From Nitrospinales bacterium (lineage in GTDB: Bacteria > Nitrospinota > Nitrospinia > Nitrospinales > VA-1), in the NCBI GenBank assembly GCA_965262115.1, contig OZ253496.1, positions 1,824,001 through 1,888,000 of the forward strand: 64,000 nucleotides of DNA, written 5' to 3'. The translations under genes and the position numbers were made by a program. This document shows, in pieces, positions 1 to 12,108 of the stretch (its first letter is position 1; every line of letters starts with the position of its first letter). The notes beneath the pieces were generated by a model. That model was given only the letters and a program-made list of their open reading frames with translations, ran no database searches and had not been told where the DNA came from.

Positions 1-475
1 AATTGACGCAAACCGAGATTATTATCCTATAAGTCGTGTTCCCGAATTTTGGGAAGGGCTGTTAAATATAGGAAAGAACGGTCATGTGAAAATTCCACTC
101 GAGGTCTATGAAGAAATCAAGGAGGGAAAAGATGCTCTTGCTATGTGGGCTAAATAACCCGAAACCGAGGCAGCATTATTATTAAAGGAGGAGGTTGAAG
201 TTTCTCTGGTTTCTAGGATAATAGACAATGAATATGTACCCGATCTGAGTGATGATGAAGTTGAGAAAATTGGTCGTGACCCGTTTCTTATTGCATATGC
301 TTTAGTGTCGAAAGAAGAAAGGTCCATTGTAACAACTGAAGTTTCAAAGCCTAAAGCTCAAAGGGCAAATCGCCATGTACCTGATGTTTGCAATGGGCTT
401 GGCGTAACTTGGTGTGATACGTTTGAATTTGTCCGAGCCTTGAATTTTAGAACTGGTTGGGAAACCGATACCTGA
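1..475 (+). pseudogene. PIN-like (DUF4411-type) protein, 5' end outside window, in-frame TAA at 155-157
   Basis: My translation of frame +2: IDANRDYYPISRVPEFWEGL...IPLEVYEEIK...WAK*PETE...GRDPFLIAYA...IVTTE...HVPDVC...; motif pattern typical of DUF4411; ends TGA 473-475. Confidence 0.7.
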
Positions 476-641
476 TCTAAAATTAGGGTTGAATCCACTC
501 CTTGCCTCCTGCCAAACTAGTCTCCCTTTAACGATCCATTGCCAATTGCACCTCACCCATTGAGGGTGGTAGAATCGGATTAAGGATCAAAATATCGTTT
601 TTCTCATGTATGAAATGAGTTGAATTTTTGGAGAGTTCGCT

Positions 642-1307
642 ATGAAAAAGATTGGTGTGGTGCTTTCGGGATGTGGGGTGTATGACGGGGCGGAGATCCA
701 CGAGTCGGTCATCACTCTTCTGGCGATCGACCGGGCGGGTGCCCAGGCGGTGTGCATGGCCCCCAATGTCGATCAGATGCATGTGGTCAACCATCTCACC
801 GGCGAAGAAGCCGCCGGAGAAAAACGTAATGTTTTAGTTGAGACGGCACGTATTGCCCGGGGCGAGATCAAAGATATCGCTACAGTCAAAGCGGATGATA
901 TTGACGCGCTGGTGTTCCCCGGTGGATTTGGCGCGGCAAAAAATCTCTCCAGCTTCGCGGTCAAAGGCGAGAACTGCGACGTCCACCCGGAAGTGATGCG
1001 GCTGGTGAAAGAGTTCGCCGCCAAAAAAAAACCGCAGGCGGTGTTGTGCATCGCCCCGGCCATGATGGCGAAAATTTATGAGGACGCACCCAAAAAACCC
1101 ACTCTGACCATCGGTAACGACAAGGAATGCAGTGGCAAGATCGAAATGATGGGCAGCAAACATCAGGAATGCGCCACCACTGATTTTGTGCTGGATGCGG
1201 AGAATAAAATCGTCTCGACCCCGGCCTATATGACAGGGCAAAGCATCTCGGAAGTGGCCGAAGGCATTGAAAAAACCATAAATAAGCTAGTCGAGATGAC
1301 GCCTTGA
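642..1307 (+). CDS. elbB: Glyoxalase ElbB (DJ-1/PfpI, ES1 family)
   Basis: LSGCGVYDGAEIHE, PGGFGAAKNL, CIAP and STPAYM motifs. Confidence 0.92.
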   Translation: MKKIGVVLSGCGVYDGAEIHESVITLLAIDRAGAQAVCMAPNVDQMHVVNHLTGEEAAGEKRNVLVETARIARGEIKDIATVKADDIDALVFPGGFGAAKNLSSFAVKGENCDVHPEVMRLVKEFAAKKKPQAVLCIAPAMMAKIYEDAPKKPTLTIGNDKECSGKIEMMGSKHQECATTDFVLDAENKIVSTPAYMTGQSISEVAEGIEKTINKLVEMTP

Positions 1308-1568
1308 TTTATTGAAAAGATAACACCCCGGAAGGTCAATCACCCCAGCCCCTCTTTGATAAAGAGAGCTTTGCGGAAGTCGAAAAAAAACAGAAAAAGG
1401 AAGAGGACATCACATACTCCTTTGGGGCATGAAGTTTATAAAAAAATATTATCCGTATCACTGATTTCCAGAAACGAAACCCCAATATCATAATGGGAGT
1501 CAAACTTTTCTACCCGTGCCATATGCCGAGCGTTTTTCCACCAAAGTCGGAGCCATAAAACCGGTTTA

Positions 1569-2921
1569 TCAAACAATTTCAAGAACTTGAAGATTGGTCA
1601 GCGCTGTAGATTTTTGCAGGGCATCTTCCCCTCTGGGGCTCAGCTTGCTACCCGCTACGTTTAAAAAATGCAGGCCGGAGAGTGGGTGGGAATTGGCCAG
1701 ATAAATTGCGCCTTCATCGCCAATGGCATTCAAGGCGAGTACCAACCGGCGGAGGCTGGACAAATTTTTGGACTCGGCAATTGCCTTGGTACCTTGTGCA
1801 TGAATCCAGTTTTCGTTTTCCAGGTATAAAGATTCCAATTGAGTCAGGGTGGTAGAACAGGCCAACGCCGTGGCCCCCTGGTCGGCAATATTATTGTTGT
1901 TCAGTCGCAAAGATTTCAAGCTGGCGCAATGAGGGGATTGCGCCAAGGCCTCTGCTCCCTTGTGGCCGATTTTATTCTCGCCGAGATCCAGCGTTTCGAT
2001 ATTTTTCATATTTGCGGATTCCGCCAGCGCCTTCACTCCCTCGGCACGAAGATCGTTGTTATTCAGGTCCAGTGTTTTAAGTTGAGTGATCGATTTAGAG
2101 GTGGAAAGGGAAATGGCGCTATCGGTGGTCAATCCGTTATTGTGCATGATCAGGGTTTCGAGTTTTGCAAACATGGGAGACTCGGCCATGGCATAGACTC
2201 CATCATCTTCAAGATGGTTGTTGTTCAGAATCAAAACTTTGAGGTTTGGAAACACCTGCGACCGCGCCAGAGCCTCCATTCCTTCATGGGTCAAACTATT
2301 ATCGGAAAGATCAACCGTGAGGATCTTTTTAAGAGGGGGTGTCTGCATTAAAAAATTTAAACCCTCATCACCAATCCCCGTGTCGCGAAGATTGATATCG
2401 GTTATTTGGCGGCCAAGTTTTGAGTCGGCAAGCGATTTAATGCCAAGTGGTTCCAGACGGTTGTAAGAAAGGTTCAACCGCTCCAGATTGTTCATGCCCT
2501 CTGCCAAAGAAAGAACCTTGGCCCCTAGCACGCCGATTTCGTTGCTGGATAAACTCAAGTCTTTCAGGAGCGTCAGTGCCCGGCACTTGGAAAGGAAGAA
2601 TAAGGCCTCGTCGTCGAGATTATTGTTGGCCAGCGAAAGGTTTTCCAGATTGCGAAAACAGGCGGAAGCGCTGAGCGATTGCAGTCCGCTAGAATTCAAA
2701 CCTGTTTGTTCAAGATTCAGGGAAGAAAGAGATTTAAGAGGGCTGGCTCCGGCGATGATTTTGAAATCCTCTTCTTTAAGCTGACAACCTAAAAGATTCA
2801 GAGATTTTTTGTCGAAACTCAACTTCTCCCGGATGAGAGTACCGAGGTCGGAGTTCTCGGTGTTTTTTTCAAAATACCGGAGGAACTCCAAGCTGTTGTC
2901 AATGTCTTTCGCTTCCGCCAT
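1569..2921 (-). CDS. Leucine-rich repeat protein (RNase-inhibitor-like 28-aa repeats)
   Basis: About 14 repeats of LxxLxLxxNxIgdxGaxaLA; ATG at 2921 chosen over TTG at 2933. Confidence 0.85.
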   Translation of the reverse strand: MAEAKDIDNSLEFLRYFEKNTENSDLGTLIREKLSFDKKSLNLLGCQLKEEDFKIIAGASPLKSLSSLNLEQTGLNSSGLQSLSASACFRNLENLSLANNNLDDEALFFLSKCRALTLLKDLSLSSNEIGVLGAKVLSLAEGMNNLERLNLSYNRLEPLGIKSLADSKLGRQITDINLRDTGIGDEGLNFLMQTPPLKKILTVDLSDNSLTHEGMEALARSQVFPNLKVLILNNNHLEDDGVYAMAESPMFAKLETLIMHNNGLTTDSAISLSTSKSITQLKTLDLNNNDLRAEGVKALAESANMKNIETLDLGENKIGHKGAEALAQSPHCASLKSLRLNNNNIADQGATALACSTTLTQLESLYLENENWIHAQGTKAIAESKNLSSLRRLVLALNAIGDEGAIYLANSHPLSGLHFLNVAGSKLSPRGEDALQKSTALTNLQVLEIV

Positions 2922-3168
2922 AACAAGATACAATTAGTTAATATGAAGCGGATTATACCCCGGCGTAGCCGCCGGTAGCAATAGGGCAGTGATACCCCTG
3001 TGGAGCCAATGAACAATGACGTTAAAAGCTAGCAGCAGATTAGCTCGGCCCGATGGCCATTGCTCATTGGCCCCACGCTAAGTGGCCGCCGGTTAGCAAT
3101 GTGCAATGAATTTATGTCTTGGGCGGTCGCGTAGTGTTACCGCCTTATTGCCAGCGGTGGTTACTCCG

Positions 3169-6100
3169 CTAGTTGAAGTGGACGGAGACTGCTTTGGAGA
3201 CACCCTGTTCTTCCATGGTGATGCCGTAGAGGGCATTGGCAAAAGACATAGTTTTTTGGTTGTGGGTGATGATAATGAATTGTGTGTTAACAGCCATTTC
3301 CTTGAGCATTTCCTGGAAACGGACCACATTGGCTTCATCCAGCGGGGCATCCACTTCATCCAGCAGGCAGAAGGGGCTGGGCCGGACTTTGAATACCGCA
3401 AACATCAGGGCGATGGCGGTCATGGCTTTTTCTCCTCCAGACATCAAAGCCAGGCTTTGCAGACTTTTTCCTAAAGGATTGGCGGTGATTTCAATTCCTG
3501 AATCGATAGGGTTGGTCTCGTCAACCAGGGTCAAGTTTGCTTTTCCTCCTTGAAATAGACGCGCAAAAATTTCCTTGAAATTTACGTTCACCAATTCGAA
3601 GGTATCGAGAAACCGTTGTTTGGTGGTGCGGTTTATTTTTTCAATAGTTGAATGGAGTAGTTCGATGGACTCGGCCAGATCGTCCTGCTGTTTTTTCAGG
3701 AAGGTGTAGCGCTCGTTGGTTTTTTCAAAATCCGAAAGCGCGGCCAGATTGACCTCACCTAATTTTGCCACCTTTTCCTTGAGTTCTTTAATCTGCTCGT
3801 CCGTTTCGCTCTCATCAATGGTTTCGTCGTAGGCCGACTGTAACTCTTCCTGTGTTGCGTTAAAGTCTTCGTAAGCGCGTTCTTCCAGGCGGGCGGTTTG
3901 CAGGCGGTTTTCAGATCGCTTGATTTCAATTTGAGAAAGGGTTTCGGTGATTTCCTGAATTTTTCGGGAAAGTTCGCGGATGTCCTGCTCCATACCCTTT
4001 TGATCCTCTTCCTTCTGTCGCAGAGACTCTTCTTCCTGAGCGGCTGTTTCGGTCAGCTGATCTTTCTCGCGGGAAAGTTTGAGGACATTACTTTCCAGGG
4101 TTGAAATTTCGCCTTCAATTTCAGTAATTCTGTTCTGGTTGGAAACGCGGTCCGACTCGCGCCTTTCAATTTGCTGTTTCAGGTTTTGTTGCTGAAGTTC
4201 CAGTCGCTTGATTTCTGTGAGTGTGTTTTCCCGCCGACCGATCAGCGATGCGATCAGAACTTTGAGTCGGCTGATCTCGGATGAAATTTCCTCAAGGCCG
4301 GACCGGCTCTGTTCCAGTTCCTCCCGATGGCCGGTTAAAAGCGCTTCTTCCTCAATCCTTTTTTGCTCGGCCGACTCCAATTGCTGGTTTAGTGAAGATT
4401 TTTCTGCGACCAGTTTTTCTCTTTCCATGTCTATGGCTGAAATTTCCTTGTCAATGGAGGAATTTTTGCTGCCAAGACGTTCTGCTTCCTGGCGCGATTG
4501 TTCCAGATCGCGGAGTTTGTTATTCGTTGCGATTTCGTCGGTATGGGTTTGCTGGCCCAGTTGCCTCAGGTTGGACTCAAGTTGGGAAAGGCCCTGTTTT
4601 TTGTTTTCGATATTTTCCTGCGAGGCATTCAATTCTTCTTTAATGCTACCGACACTACGGGTGAGAGTTTCTATTTCCCGGTTCCTGGCCAGCAGACTTG
4701 AGGAATTATTTTCCAGTGAGCCTCCGGTGACGAATCCGTTAGCGTCAATCATTTCTCCGTTCAAGGTGACAACGGTTCCATGAAACTCCGGTTCCTGATG
4801 CATCTCCATGGCGACATCCATATCCTGAACAATGACAACGCTTTTCAGTAGCAATTCGATAACAGGTCGATACTCTTCCTGACATTCGACAAAGTTGAGG
4901 GCCTTGCCCACGATTCCCTGTGTGCCATTCATATGAAGAGGTGCGGAAGGAGTTGCTTTCGGATTGAGAGGAGCGAACAGACCCCGACCTGACTGATGAT
5001 TCTTAAGATAGCCGATGGCCTCCAGCGAATCGGAATAGGAATTGACAATAACGCTTTGCAGTTTTTCACCCAGGGCTGTTTCGATGGCCACTTCATACTC
5101 CGCTGGCGTTTGTAACACATCGACCAGCACTTCCCGGATTCCCGGAATGCGTTCGCCGTTTTGTTTGTTCATAAGAGATTTAACACCCTCATGAAACCCC
5201 TCAAACTGGCTTCTCAGTTTTTCCAATGTGCCGAGAAGGGAGGCTTTATGAAAATAGTCCTCTTTTTTGGAGCTATGACGGTCTGTTTCAGCTTGGAGTT
5301 GTTGCGAGTAAGAGGTGGTTTCCTGCCGCAATGTCTCTTGCTGTTCTTTGAAACGCGCAAGCTCCTCGGTTTTCTGCTGGTGTTCTGATTCTCTTTGCTC
5401 CATGCCCGACTGGTTTTCCTGAATTTGGCGATGGACTTCTTCTTTTTCTGTCACCAGTTTTTTCTGTCCGGTTTCCAATCCCTGGATACGGGTATCCAGA
5501 GCGGTCATCTGGTTTTTTGAATGGGCTGTTTGCTGGAATAAGTTGTGAACATTTTTTTCGCCACTGAGAACTTGCTCCTGAATTTCCTGCAACGCATCCC
5601 GTTTCTGCTCGTTTTCGGTTTTGCGTTGATCCAGCACAATTTCCTGCTCGTTGATCTCCTGTGAGGTGGCAGAAAGGTTTTGCCTTTCGTTTTCGATCTG
5701 GTTTGTCAGGCCGCTAATTTCCCCTTCCATCTGGGAAATTTCTCCTGTGGCGGATTCGATGTCCGTTTCTGCTTCAGATTTCTGCTCTTTTTTGAAAGCA
5801 ATGCTTTGTTCGCTGTTTCCGATTTGAGAGTTCAACTGGTGAATGGTTTCGCGCGCTTCATTCAACCGGCTCAACGATTCTTCGATTTCCACATTGAGTT
5901 GGGCGATTTGATTTTCGAAGGTGGAGAGACGGGCGTTCCACTCGGTTTTCTTTTCTGTTTGTTCCTCTAACTCCGCTTCTATCGTCAGTAGTTGCGATTG
6001 GTAGCGGCGGATTTTGATGGAGAAAAGCTTGAGGGAAAGTTCCTTGACCTCGGCTTTGTGTTTTTTATAGCGTTCCGCCTTGGCGGCCTGGCGCTTTAAC

Positions 6101-6726
6101 GATTCGACCTGTCGCGACAGTTCCTGAACGATATCCGCCACCCGTTCCAAATTCTGCCGCGAGCTGTCGAGCTTGCGGATGGCTTCGTTTTTGCGGTGCT
6201 TGAATTTAAGGATTCCCGCAGCTTCTTCAATCAGAATACGCCTTTCTTCCGGTTTGGAAGTGATGATGTCCTGAATATGGCCCTGCTCAATAATGGTCAG
6301 GACTTTTGGGCTGATCCCCGCATCCAAAAGGAAATCCGTAATATCCTTCAAGCGGCATGGAATCTGGTTGATATAAAATTCGCTTTCGCCGGAACGATGG
6401 TAGCAACGGGTGACTTTGACATCTTCGGCTGTATTGGAAATCCCGGCGATCCGGATTCCCGCTGGTACATTGGATAAGGTCAGGGAGATTTCTGCCCGGT
6501 TCACCGGTTTTCGGCTGCTACTGCCATTGAATATAAGATCCGTGATACGGGTGCTACGCAGGGTTTTGGACCTTTGCTCGCCAATGACCCAGCGAATCGC
6601 GTCGGAGACATTGCTCTTTCCGCAACCGTTAGGGCCGACAATGGCCGTAAAACCGTTTCCAAACTCCAGATTGGTGGAATCGACAAACGATTTGAAACCT
6701 TCTAATTCCAAGTTTTTCAGGTACAT
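3169..6726 (-). CDS. smc: Chromosome segregation protein SMC
   Basis: GPNGCGKSN Walker A, long coiled coils, hinge, MSGGEK signature, LLDEVDAPLD Walker B; 1185 aa. Confidence 0.97.
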   Translation of the reverse strand: MYLKNLELEGFKSFVDSTNLEFGNGFTAIVGPNGCGKSNVSDAIRWVIGEQRSKTLRSTRITDLIFNGSSSRKPVNRAEISLTLSNVPAGIRIAGISNTAEDVKVTRCYHRSGESEFYINQIPCRLKDITDFLLDAGISPKVLTIIEQGHIQDIITSKPEERRILIEEAAGILKFKHRKNEAIRKLDSSRQNLERVADIVQELSRQVESLKRQAAKAERYKKHKAEVKELSLKLFSIKIRRYQSQLLTIEAELEEQTEKKTEWNARLSTFENQIAQLNVEIEESLSRLNEARETIHQLNSQIGNSEQSIAFKKEQKSEAETDIESATGEISQMEGEISGLTNQIENERQNLSATSQEINEQEIVLDQRKTENEQKRDALQEIQEQVLSGEKNVHNLFQQTAHSKNQMTALDTRIQGLETGQKKLVTEKEEVHRQIQENQSGMEQRESEHQQKTEELARFKEQQETLRQETTSYSQQLQAETDRHSSKKEDYFHKASLLGTLEKLRSQFEGFHEGVKSLMNKQNGERIPGIREVLVDVLQTPAEYEVAIETALGEKLQSVIVNSYSDSLEAIGYLKNHQSGRGLFAPLNPKATPSAPLHMNGTQGIVGKALNFVECQEEYRPVIELLLKSVVIVQDMDVAMEMHQEPEFHGTVVTLNGEMIDANGFVTGGSLENNSSSLLARNREIETLTRSVGSIKEELNASQENIENKKQGLSQLESNLRQLGQQTHTDEIATNNKLRDLEQSRQEAERLGSKNSSIDKEISAIDMEREKLVAEKSSLNQQLESAEQKRIEEEALLTGHREELEQSRSGLEEISSEISRLKVLIASLIGRRENTLTEIKRLELQQQNLKQQIERRESDRVSNQNRITEIEGEISTLESNVLKLSREKDQLTETAAQEEESLRQKEEDQKGMEQDIRELSRKIQEITETLSQIEIKRSENRLQTARLEERAYEDFNATQEELQSAYDETIDESETDEQIKELKEKVAKLGEVNLAALSDFEKTNERYTFLKKQQDDLAESIELLHSTIEKINRTTKQRFLDTFELVNVNFKEIFARLFQGGKANLTLVDETNPIDSGIEITANPLGKSLQSLALMSGGEKAMTAIALMFAVFKVRPSPFCLLDEVDAPLDEANVVRFQEMLKEMAVNTQFIIITHNQKTMSFANALYGITMEEQGVSKAVSVHFN

Positions 6727-6818
6727 ATTTGGTGGGGCTCAGGGGATTATCGGATCTTTTGAGTCATATATTCTGGAAGGAAGATTATCCCAATCCTGAG
6801 ATATTGTAAAGTAAAATT

Positions 6819-6865
6819 ATACCATGTTTGGTATACTTTAAATCATGGCCCACAACATATTGTGC
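6819..6865. promoter_or_regulatory. Tandem NrdR-like boxes upstream of smc
   Basis: ATACCATGTTTGGTAT (6819-6834) and CCACAACATATTGTGC (6850-6865) fit acaCwAtATaTwGtgt; starts 31 bp apart. Confidence 0.6.
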
Positions 6866-7040
6866 CCGGGCCACGCCCGGGAGTAATGGGCAATAACTCT
6901 TTTTGGTGAACTAAGAGTTGTCTCGGCTTAAAAAGTAATTGCCAATTTACCCCTTTGAGCCGAGAAGGCCTGTTGAGGACAAAATAAAGATATTGCAATT
7001 AGCCCCCGGCGGCTACGCCGGTCGCGGAGGAGGTGTATAG

Positions 7041-7382
7041 ATGAAGTTATATTCTTATAATAAATGTGGAACCTGCCGTAAGGCGATCCGGTTTCTGGAA
7101 GACAGAGAGGTTAAGTTTGAGTTGTTCGATATTACCGAGACGCCGCCGACCAAGCAGATCCTTAAAGCTGCGATGAAAGCCAAGGGAATGAAAAAGTTGT
7201 TCAATACCAGTGGAGTTCAGTATCGCGAGTTGAAGATCAAAGATAAACTGGCGACCATGACCGAAAGCCAGGCGATAGACTTGCTGGCCTCTAACGGAAG
7301 GTTGGTCAAACGCCCGATTGCAGTGGATAAAAATAAAATCACCGTTGGGTTCGACATCGAAGAATACAAAAAGGTTTGGTAG
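7041..7382 (+). CDS. ArsC/Spx/YffB family thioredoxin-fold protein
   Basis: CGTCRKA, LFNTSG and LVKRPI motifs; GGAGGAGG RBS. Confidence 0.88.
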   Translation: MKLYSYNKCGTCRKAIRFLEDREVKFELFDITETPPTKQILKAAMKAKGMKKLFNTSGVQYRELKIKDKLATMTESQAIDLLASNGRLVKRPIAVDKNKITVGFDIEEYKKVW

Positions 7383-7388
7383 GGATCG

Positions 7389-7943
7389 ATGGACCTGTTT
7401 TTAATCAAACACAAACTTCAGCGTGATTTCCCTCTGGTGCGGGAAGTGACCCCCGCGCATCCCATGTGGGCCGCGGTGATGGTCATGCTTTATCCTCGAC
7501 ACAATAAGACCCATGTGTTGATGACCAAACGAGCCATGCACCTCAAGTATCATGCGGGGGAAGTGGGTTTCCCCGGCGGGGTATTTGAAGAAGATGAGGA
7601 TGGCGACCTGCTGGCTACGGCTTTAAGAGAAACCGAGGAGGAAGTTGCTATTGAAATTGAACCTGAAAATGTACTAGGCCGACTTCCTTTGGTCAGTACG
7701 CGGTTGGGATTTGAAATCACCCCTTTTGTTTCCGTTATGTCTTCTGCACCCGAATATGAACTTGCAGAGGATGAGGTAGATGAAGTTTTAAAAATTCCTT
7801 TCACATCCTTGCTTGCCACGCAACAACGGGATGTCGGGAGCAAGCCTGATTAACAAGGGGTGATGTACTGGTTTCAGCATCATAGAATCTGGGGTGCGTC
7901 GGCAAAGATTCTCAACCAGATAGGACATCTGGCGATGTATTGA
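7389..7943 (+). pseudogene. Nudix CoA pyrophosphatase (NudL-like) with premature TAA at 7851-7853
   Basis: LMTKRA..HAGEVGFPGG..ALRETEEEV; frame continues after the stop as QGVMYWFQHHRIWGASAKIL, containing the family IWGxTA-type motif. Confidence 0.75.
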
Positions 7944-7968
7944 AATTAGGGAAAGAGAACATCTTTAA

Positions 7969-8136
7969 ATGGAAACTTTAAAAATTCTATTTCTGGCTTC
8001 GCATTGGAGGGTTTCCCTGATCCAGGCGTTCCAAGACGCTAAACTCCAGCAGTCCATTGAGTTGATCTGCGCCGATAGTGATGCACTCGCGCCTTCTTTT
8101 AAAGAAGCTGACCGCTCATTCGTGGTTATTTTATGA
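7969..8136 (+). pseudogene. 55-codon N-terminal remnant of an ATP-grasp protein
   Basis: METLKILFLASHWRVSLIQAF...ICADSDALAPSFKEADRSFVVIL* resembles the ILxxSagrRvsLv...aDxsplAPalyxAD N-terminus of carbamoyl-phosphate-synthase-like ATP-grasp proteins. Confidence 0.45.
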
Positions 8137-8855
8137 ATACAATGAATCCGCAAGACCGGTTGATCTTTGCTCTGGATGTTCCAGGAAAAAAGGAGGCAAA
8201 GCGTTACGTCCAATTGCTGGAAGGAGTGGTCGGTTGTTTCAAGATCGGTTTGGAACTGTTTATCAGTGAAGGCCCTGATGTGGTTAAAATGATTCAGGAT
8301 CATTCCGCAGCAAATATTTTTCTTGATCTCAAGTTGCACGATATTCCCGTTACGGTCCGGGGCGCGTTGCGATCCGCCGAGAAATTGGGAGTGCGGTACA
8401 TCACGATCCACTCTACAGAGGGTGAAACGATTCTTGAGACGGCTGAAGAAGTGAAAGGCTCAGGACTGGAAGTTCTGGCGGTGACGGTGCTCACCAGTAC
8501 GAGTGCGTCTTCTCTGGCGAGTCTGGGGATTCGTGAAGATATTAATGCGGCCGTTCTTGTCCTGGATCGCGCGGTGCGGGCGCAAAGTTCCGGATGTGCC
8601 GGGGTTGTTTGTTCGGGAGAGGAAGCAAGTCTGGTCAAACAAAAATGTGGTGAAGGATTCAAAATTGTCGTTCCGGGAATCCGTCCGCAGTGGGCTGAGG
8701 TTTCGGGTGACGACCAGAACCGCATTGCAACTCCCTCCCAGGCGATAGAGGATGGGGCGGATATGATTGTGGTCGGCAGGCCTATTCGCGATGCCCAAGA
8801 CCCAAGAGAAGCGGCGCAAAAAATCATTGAGGAAATACGATCAACTCCACGTTAA
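8133..8855 (+). CDS. pyrF: Orotidine-5'-phosphate decarboxylase
   Basis: IFALD, FKIGLEL, FLDLKLHDIP, VPGIRP and VVGRPI motifs. Confidence 0.96.
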   Translation: MNTMNPQDRLIFALDVPGKKEAKRYVQLLEGVVGCFKIGLELFISEGPDVVKMIQDHSAANIFLDLKLHDIPVTVRGALRSAEKLGVRYITIHSTEGETILETAEEVKGSGLEVLAVTVLTSTSASSLASLGIREDINAAVLVLDRAVRAQSSGCAGVVCSGEEASLVKQKCGEGFKIVVPGIRPQWAEVSGDDQNRIATPSQAIEDGADMIVVGRPIRDAQDPREAAQKIIEEIRSTPR

Positions 8856-8944
8856 TAAATTTTATTTACCTGTCAAGTCTTGTTTGCTGGATAGGCAGCA
8901 TTATCTTTTTCTCTTTTTTTGTCGCTCCTGTGGTCTTTAAAACC

Positions 8945-9160
8945 CTTGAGCGGGAAAAAGCCACACAATGCGCGGTGGTGATCAACACCTCTTTCAATGT
9001 TCGCGGCGAACCCATTGTCTGCACACCGGAACAGGCCTACCGCTGTTTCATGCGCACGGAAATGGACACGCCCGTCCTGGAAAATTTTGTGCTCGATAAA
9101 AAAGACCAGCAACCTCTCGAAGCGGACAGCAACTGGCAGGAAGAATTCGAACTCGACTAG
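8945..9160 (+). pseudogene. C-terminal remnant of a NodU/CmcH carbamoyltransferase
   Basis: VINTSFNVRGEPIVCTPEQAYRCFMRTEMD...WQEEFELD; N-terminal bulk absent; left boundary approximate. Confidence 0.8.
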
Positions 9161-9219
9161 TGGCCCCCGCCCACTGGCAATGAGTAGTATCCCGTTAGGC
9201 CGCGAGACGGATTGTTGCA

Positions 9220-9258
9220 TGTGATATCGCTTCATTTGCTTCATGCCCCGCAGGGGTA
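9220..9258 (-). repeat. ~40-bp hairpin unit (family A), intact copy; perfect empty target for the IS110 bridge RNA
   Basis: Minus strand TACCCCTGCGGGGCATGAAGCAAATGAAGCGATATCACA. Confidence 0.85.
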
Positions 9259-9259
9259 A

Positions 9260-10426
9260 AATAAAGACATCGCAAGTTATCGGTGGAGGTATTTTATCCA
9301 ATCCTTTTTCTTAAAAACCCGGTTTCTGGTTATCGTTCTGGCTATGCTGGCCGTGTACAGTTATGGATGGAAGGTGACGGAAATTGAGGTGGGGTAACTG
9401 TTCCGCGACTTCCATCTTGTCAAACCGCTTGCCAAAGAACTTGCTAACCCCGACCTGTTTACCCGCGAGAAAAAATCACAAACTGTTGAAAAAGAATTTT
9501 TCCTATCGCAAAACCAACGCGGAAATATTCCCCAGGATATTGAAGGTGCAAATCCTAAGCTGGTGTTATCCAGTCAGTCGGGCGAAATTTCCGATACCCT
9601 GACGGTTCGTGGTTTTAACCTGAAACCGCAGCAGTCGGGCATTCTCTATTGGGTCAATGCCATCGAGCAGGAGTTCCCGCTGAGAATGTTTACCACCGAT
9701 GTGTCCGGCGCGTTCCAGAAAGAGATCATCGTGCCGCCCAGCGCGCGCGGTCTGCGCCAGACCGTGAAGGCCGTGTTGAGTTGGGACGAGGGCGGTTGGC
9801 AGGTCAGCGAGACTTTGAGCCTGACCATTGAGAAGATGGTGGAAACAGTTTTTCTGGCGTTGATGGCGACTACTTTCGGCGTGCTGGTGGCACTACCTTT
9901 AAGTTTTCTCGGTGCCCGCAATCTTATGACCCGGAACCGGATGGGTACCTTTGTCTATTATGGTGTGCGAACCGGTTTGAATGTTTTGCGATCCATCGAG
10001 CCGTTGATCATGGCGATCCTGTTTGTGGTCTGGGTGGGCATTGGTCCTTTTGCCGGGGTGCTGGCATTGGGGCTGCATTCTGTCGCGGCTTTGGGGAAAT
10101 TGTTTTCGGAACAGATCGAGTGCATTGATTCCGGGCCGGTGGAGGCGATCACCGCTGTGGGTGCCAGACCGTTGCAGGTGGTTTTTTTTGGTGTTCTGCC
10201 GCAGGTGATTCTTCCATTTCTGGCGCTCAGTTTTTATCGCTGGGATATTAATGTGCGTATGTCGACCATCATAGGGTTCGTCGGGGGAGGGGGGATTGGG
10301 TTTTTGCTGCAGCAATGGATCAATCTTCTCAAATACAACGAAGCGGGGACGGCGTTACTCGCCATCGCCATTGTGGTGATTACGCTCGATACCCTGAGCG
10401 CAAAAATCCGCGCCCACGTTAAATAG
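9260..10426 (+). pseudogene. phnE: Phosphonate ABC permease PhnE, 5'-truncated, in-frame TAA at 9395-9397
   Basis: LRSIEPL, GKLFSEQIE, YRWDINVRMSTIIGFVGGGGIG; upstream same-frame TM segment broken by TAA; no phnC/phnD nearby. Confidence 0.7.
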
Positions 10427-10469
10427 ATGAATATGGCCCCCTCTTTTTCAAAGTACCCCTTGTATGTTG

Positions 10470-10685
10470 TTCATAAGGGAAATTTGTAATAGTTGTTCCT
10501 GCGAGTTCTGTGAAAAACCGGTTTTTGGTTTTCCACAAGCTCCCAGGATTTGATTCAGGGCACAATAGATCGTTTACCCCTGGGGCTTTTAAGCCCGTCC
10601 CGCAGCGCAGATCGTTGTGTCCTATTTTGATTAACCCGAACAGTTGCCTGGGACTTTGAGTCCGCATCGACAAGGTTGGGAGACC
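10470..10685 (+). ncRNA. Predicted IS110 bridge RNA (target-binding and donor-binding loops)
   Basis: LTG TTTACCCCT 10573-10581, RTG CCCGCAG 10599-10605, LDG ACAGTTGC 10640-10647, RDG ACAAG 10670-10674; each pair flanks an internal hairpin; RNA ends approximate. Confidence 0.8.
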
Positions 10686-10690
10686 AAATT

Positions 10691-11621
<931 letters not shown>

Positions 11622-11844
11622 CATTTAACACAGTTGCTGCGGGGCATGAAGGCTAATGTTGGGGACACCACAAACACCGATGGACAGAGACAAAAGATTC
11701 CCTCCCTTCATATGGAGGGACTTAGGGAGGGTTGGATTGACCGCCCGGAGTTTTGTCATCGCGAATCGCGAAGCGGCGTGGCGACCCAGGTTCTTTCATT
11801 GGGAATTGAATTAATATTGCAAGGCTGGATTGCCGCGCTCCTTT

Positions 11845-11883
11845 TACCCCTTTGGGGCATGAAGGCAAATGAAGAATTTCACA
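11845..11883 (+). repeat. Family-A unit inserted in the loop of a REP-like GATTGCCGCGCTCCTTT|CAGTCGCTCGCGATGAC hairpin
   Basis: Removing the 39 bp restores a contiguous REP-like element. Confidence 0.8.
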
Positions 11884-12108
11884 CAGTCGCTCGCGATGAC
11901 AGGAGCAGGGGTTGCTAAACCATTTTCCTGACTTCCCTTCGGGGCATGAAAGCTTTGAAGAATATCACAACTACTGGCCCCACGCTTAGTGGGCGGAGAA
12001 CCTTCGCAGATAACAGGTCACAACTTCCAGAGTAAATCCCGTCATACTCTCAATAATCGCCCCCAACCACTCGTCGATCGTGCTGGCTGAATCTGAGTCT
12101 ATCTGTGT

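Noticed and set aside
1569..2921. LRR protein as a host-directed effector
   Set aside because: No secretion signal or effector domain is visible; such LRR proteins are common in environmental bacteria.
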